A stretch of DNA of 63,798 nt, the filler included, from Perkinsus chesapeaki ATCC PRA-425 (Eukaryota > Protista > Perkinsozoa): the NCBI GenBank assembly GCA_013115145.1. It is 11 parts of 11 records of this genome, joined end to end, with 100 filler letters (N's around TTAATTAATTAA, not from the genome) between each part and the next. Parts side by side here need not be neighbours in the genome. Positions count along the whole stretch, not along the records: positions 59,078 to 62,569 come from JAAPAO010001403.1; positions 62,670 to 63,798 come from JAAPAO010002175.1; 9 more parts are not named here. One strand, 5' to 3'. Under the pieces are notes generated by a model. The model ran no database searches. It worked only from the letters and a program-made list of their open reading frames with translations, and was not told the DNA's origin. This document shows positions 59,213 to 63,798 of this stretch, piece after piece. The position numbers and the translations under genes were made by a program. Position 1 is the first letter of the stretch. The number at the start of each line of letters is the position of its first letter.

Positions 59213-61960
59213 TTAGCTCACTCCCAGATTCGAACGGCTCGACCCTTCAGAATATATTATTGTCCCGCCGACCTCGTCATCCAGCAAGTGACGATCGCCC
59301 GAGCCGATCGAGCTTGCGCGAGCAGGAACTTCACCTTCACGTTTTCTGTATATTCTACTGTATCCTTTCAGTTTATCGAGTCCACTCAGACTAGAAGTAA
59401 TAACGCCATTGCAGCCCATTGACAGACACATAAACACGCTACAAGCACGTAAGGCACTTCTAAGAAACTTGTTAGTATGTCCGCCCACTTCTGTCAGAAT
59501 TCTGCCCTCTCCTTCTGAGTGTATATCTGCGAACATTAAAAATCGTTCTATAGCCGATTAACAAGCCGCACCTTCCAGTTTCAGATCGAATCATGTCCAG
59601 TGACGACGCCGGACTAGCGCCATCCTGATCAGATGCCTCCAGCTGCGCAGTCGGCATACGATTCAACGGCGCCACATGCCACCTGGCTTGCACCTAAGGT
59701 ACTCGACTTAAACATCCTTCAGTGTCATCATCCACTTACCGCTCTATGGAGATTTCTCACAGCATTATCGATCTTAAAGCGGAGACGTATCATCTCCATT
59801 TTAGGGAAAACCATTTGCCTTCCCTCCTGGAAATAATCTTCCATAACATCCGGTGTTGGATTTGTCATGATATGCGTGAAATACCTGATAACAAAAGGAG
59901 CAGGTTTTCTATAAAAAAATTCATACGATACGTCAAATATAGATATAATACCGGATATTAAGATGACCAAAGATCCGCTGAAGAACATTGAATGCTCACA
60001 CAAGGAGCGTACCTACTGTGTCCTCTTCCTCGAGCAACATACTTATTAAAGAAATTCATCTTCACATTAGGAACACCTCTATCGAGGCTAGGCGATCCCT
60101 CCCACTGATGAATGCTCACCACAGCTTCAAAGTAGGAGGCGTCACAGTGATATTCCCATCAAAAGTCTGCAAGAACAACCGTGACCAATCGGCAGAATAA
60201 TGCTGCGGCAGAAGCTCCAACTCGCTAACCATCCGAGCGTTCTTCCTCAAATCTTCTTTCAAAAATACCTAAAGGTGCCTCCCCTAGGGTTTGAACCTTC
60301 GCCGATTTGGGGCTTACCTCCAAAGAACTGAGCAAGAATCCTCCGCGCCATTCTCGCCAGAAGTTCAGCGGTCGTCCTGCTTCACCTTTGTTCCAGAAAA
60401 AGAAAGGTATGATATGAGGGTTGACCTATCAACGCCATTAGCGCGCGCCCAGGTGATCGATTATAAATCACCTGGCTTGTTATGAACACATGCGCATGGA
60501 ACATCTCGCCAAGACCTTGTTGAGGAGTATCGGCCTAAAAACCGGGGATTACAGCGGAGCGACGCAAGTTGAATAATTACTTGTAGGGATCCGTCCATGA
60601 AGTAGCTATTATCTGACGCAAATGCACCTCCGCCGGTGTATTGACTGATCTCCTGAAAATGACAGCGAAGTGAATATCGACCACTCCATCGTTTTTACTT
60701 TATATTATAAAGTTTATAACTACCCCGAGGAGGCTAACGAGGTCCCACCAAGAGCGATACTCGGCAAACGTCATTGAGCAACGAAATGTACAAAATCGAA
60801 GAGAAATGGAAAGAGCGGAATTTCTCGCACTGCATAAAACGCTCAACGCATATACTTTCACCAGGATCATATTAGCCGACTACGCTTGCTAATCTTCCAG
60901 ATGGTTGGCTGAACTTACACCAGTCTCGGGGTCTTTCACCAGTAATGGTTGCGGTGGTAGCAAATAAGGCATAGCTGATGAACATAACACTGCCGATCTA
61001 ATAAGGACCTAATATTATATAATTATCAAACACTGTTATAGGTATACTTACATGAGGCGCTGAACGATAATGCAAGAGTAGTGGCTCGCCTCCTTTTGAT
61101 GAATTAGAACCTCAAAAACAAATATTCCAAAGATCCAGAGGCTAGTTAAGAACCGTTGAAAAACCGTATGGCCGTTAGGAATGACCTCCGACGAGTAACA
61201 TTGGCCCGGAAGAAGCAAACGAACAGAATGTATGAGCCAACAACATCTTGGTGAATAACCAATGAATACTGGAAAATTTCGAGGAAGGGTCGAAAAATCC
61301 GGGTGAGATTTTGCGCGTTCCAATATTAACTGTGGAAATTCAACGAGTAAAATGCAAAGCGAATCGACTGAGAAAGATACACAAGTATGCAAACCATATG
61401 ACAGTTGACTTTGATGAAACGGTTGATCGATTTCCTTTGTCATAACAGATATACGTGCCCATTATTATCATGTACCAATTCCGTGGTCCAAACTGGAATC
61501 GTACAACTTGACCGCAGTCCCGAATTCGCCAATCAAGATTTGAAAATAAAATGTCCCCACCCTCGACTTACTGCAAGTCAAAACGAGGACCCTATTGGTT
61601 CTTTGGAATGCTTCAAGAAAGGTAATGTCTCCATCACTAAAAGAATAATATCTCGAAAACTACACCGCTGAAGGTGGTCTCACCCTCCGTCAGGTCCCAG
61701 CCAATTAGCCAGCAAATCATGCCAGGGAACAGGGTCAAACATATACCCAGTACGGAAGAATCTGGTTATAACAAAATCGATCACGTGATCGATTTGCTCT
61801 TACCGTTTAATGCACGTCCACCAACTATCTCCACACGGTGTCCATTTAGGTTGAACTATCTCTGCTTTAACTGCCTTTGGTAATTCCTCATCAGTATGAG
61901 TGCAAAGATATGCTGCCACCACCGACCCGCCACTAGTGCCTGAAGGAGTATCTTTAGCTC
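59213..61960 (-). CDS. Patatin-like triacylglycerol lipase, SDP1/TGL4 type (multi-exon; 5' part unresolved)
   Basis: GTSGGSVVAAYLCTHTDEEL, GDITFLEAFQRTNR, PLLLHYRSAPHV, SAVLCSSAMP, YFMDGSLQ|ADTP..EMFHAHVFITSQ|VNPHIIPF, QTFDGNITVTPP, MTNPTPD..EGRQMVFPK. Confidence 0.82.
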
Positions 61961-62489
61961 AGCTTCTCACCAATTGCTATCAACAAGTTAGATCGAACAA
62001 TTTATTTCCGCACTTTTACACCACCTTACTGCCGTCGTAGCCTTGAAATAATATACTCCTCATGAAGGATATGACCACACTTCTAGCAGAAAACATTTCA
62101 TACGATGTGACAAACAAATGTAAGTGTAATTATTTTTTGCCAAGAATTTTCTCCTCACTTCAGCGCCACCAAACATACTCATGAATAACAGTCAACTCAA
62201 ACCAACAAGACACAACTAAGCATAGACCCAGTATAAGATATTATAATCGACCATCGATAGCTCTGATAGTCGTATGTTTTGGTGGAGGTACTCATGCTTC
62301 AGTTTCCAACGTACAAGAGTTACACTATCACCACCGAATGTCAAGAATTATCTCCGGCACGGAGACGTAATCGAAATTTGGCAAAGGTGAAAGAGATGAC
62401 AAATTTATTCTTTTGGAGAACATCTACAAATTTCCAATGACTCTCTACTTGAGCCCGTCAACTCGATGACGAGCTACAAACTATCCAAC

Positions 62490-62569
62490 TTTTCTATAGT
62501 ATATAGAAAAGTCCTTTTTTAGAATGTATACAAAAGCTCTTTTCTATAGTATATAGAAAAGTCCTTTTT
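62490..62569 (+). repeat. 50-bp tandem repeat containing hairpin TTTTCTATA-GTA-TATAGAAAA
   Basis: Units at 62491 and 62541; cut by the contig end. Confidence 0.85.
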
Positions 62570-62669
62570 NNNNNNNNNNNNNNNNNNNNNNNNNNNNNNN
62601 NNNNNNNNNNNNNTTAATTAATTAANNNNNNNNNNNNNNNNNNNNNNNNNNNNNNNNNNNNNNNNNNNN

Positions 62670-63798
62670 AGAGAATTGTATGCTTCTGATTCACCCACTC
62701 CTTCTACGCCATCCAGGCTGCCTACTTTGGAGCATGGTAGGCTGAGGCTACTCGGACTGCGACGCAGAAGCTCTTCTCTTTACCTCTCGTGTCTCGTCAC
62801 CGTTTTTGCGAGGAGATTATCTTAATAGGGTCCAACGACTTGGGAGATATGATGAACTGCTTCCACGCTCGGATTCTTGATGGGCCACCTCAGATACAAT
62901 GGTGACAGTTCAGACGGCGCCCTGTTGGATTTACAGTGTCGGAGGCATCCTCGTTCGACAATGCGAATACATGCGAGCTAATGATTGTGTGATCAGCGCA
63001 GTCGAGAGGTTACCCCCTCAGTTCTAGGTTATAATGATCATTATTATCGCCGGAGATGACTTAATCATCATTAAGCGATGATTAAGTCATCTCCAGCCGC
63101 GGGAGCCCGGTGTGTAAACCTCAGTCTCTGTATGCTGTTCCATTCTGAAACAGCATTACTGGGTCGTGTTGTATGTCTATGATGAAGTTGTATACGATGA
63201 CAACACTTATGCCAATAATAGAGGTTCTATTTCTGGTAGTAGTGTTATTCACTCTCCGAGCGGGCCTGGATCCTGACACACGAGGTCCCCGGTACACAGG
63301 AGGTCGGGAGAAGAGAATCGAAGGCTTCGATTCGAAGCTTTGGTTTGACAACCATGATACTCTCCCATACCTACCGGGGTTTTGCCTGGTTCGGGTGGGA
63401 AAGGCTATCGCGGAACGAACCTTGGTGGCTGGGATGATGACTTGCCGACTCCACCAGTCGACTAGATAGGTGTTCAAGAGCCGGAACTTTTGTCCAAGGC
63501 CTAGGAATCCAGACGACGGTCGCACCGCGCGGCGCTACCGGGCGCCGCCTGAGCTGTCACCATTCTATCAAAGATGTTTTGCGGGGTCATAAAGCATCAA
63601 AACAGTTAGTTGGTTAATCTTATCTCTAGTCGTTAGACGTCGGAAATGGCCTCGGGAAAACATAGACAATACTTGAGCAAGTACGAAGAGCTTCTGCGTC
63701 GCCGTCGGAATAGACCGAAGCTTCAGCCTACCATGCTCCAAAGTAGGCAGCCTGGATGGCGTAGAAGGAGTAGGTGAATCAGTAGCGTACAACTCTCC
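62670..63798. mobile_element. About 1.13-kb segment bounded by roughly 110-bp terminal inverted repeats (non-autonomous TIR element candidate)
   Basis: 62670-62776 matches the reverse complement of 63684-63798, including a perfect 49-bp core ACTCCTTCTACGCC...GGTAGGCTGA. Confidence 0.7.

Noticed and set aside
63121-63525. Internal ORFs of the TIR-bounded segment as a transposase or RT
   Set aside because: No DDE, tyrosine-recombinase or RT motif visible; too short

Overview
This is a eukaryotic draft-assembly window made of 11 contigs joined by artificial 100-bp spacers (44 N + TTAATTAATTAA + 44 N), so adjacency across spacers means nothing. Short GT-AG introns, compact gene packing, HPR/RAP and PPR organellar proteins and Cys-rich mucin families point to a myzozoan alveolate, most likely Perkinsus (inference, no database search run). 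Host genes recognised: serine carboxypeptidase S10 (partial), an LRRC43-like LRR protein, acyl-CoA dehydrogenase, a large PHD/bromo/SET KMT2 (SET1/MLL)-type methyltransferase, a secreted Lys-rich protein, an HPR/RAP protein, mitochondrial HSP60, an intronless purple acid phosphatase, a PPR protein with long introns, an SDP1/TGL4-type patatin lipase and a GNAT acetyltransferase. The most unusual item is a complete, very young 5.1-kb LTR retrotransposon (163-bp LTRs with 1 mismatch, AGGCC TSD, single 1605-aa ORF). It has a CCCH rather than CCHC Gag zinc finger, a DIRS-like RNase H joined to a DDE-type integrase whose catalytic Glu reads Ala, an ORF that starts inside the LTR and crosses a tRNA-Ala-like PBS, and no clear PPT. 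Also notable are a 6216-bp tandem unit carrying a secreted 8-Cys-domain/Tyr-acidic mucin plus a GNAT, a 1.1-kb contig bounded by terminal inverted repeats, and a telomere-like 29-bp satellite shared by two contigs. Exon boundaries were read by eye and are approximate.
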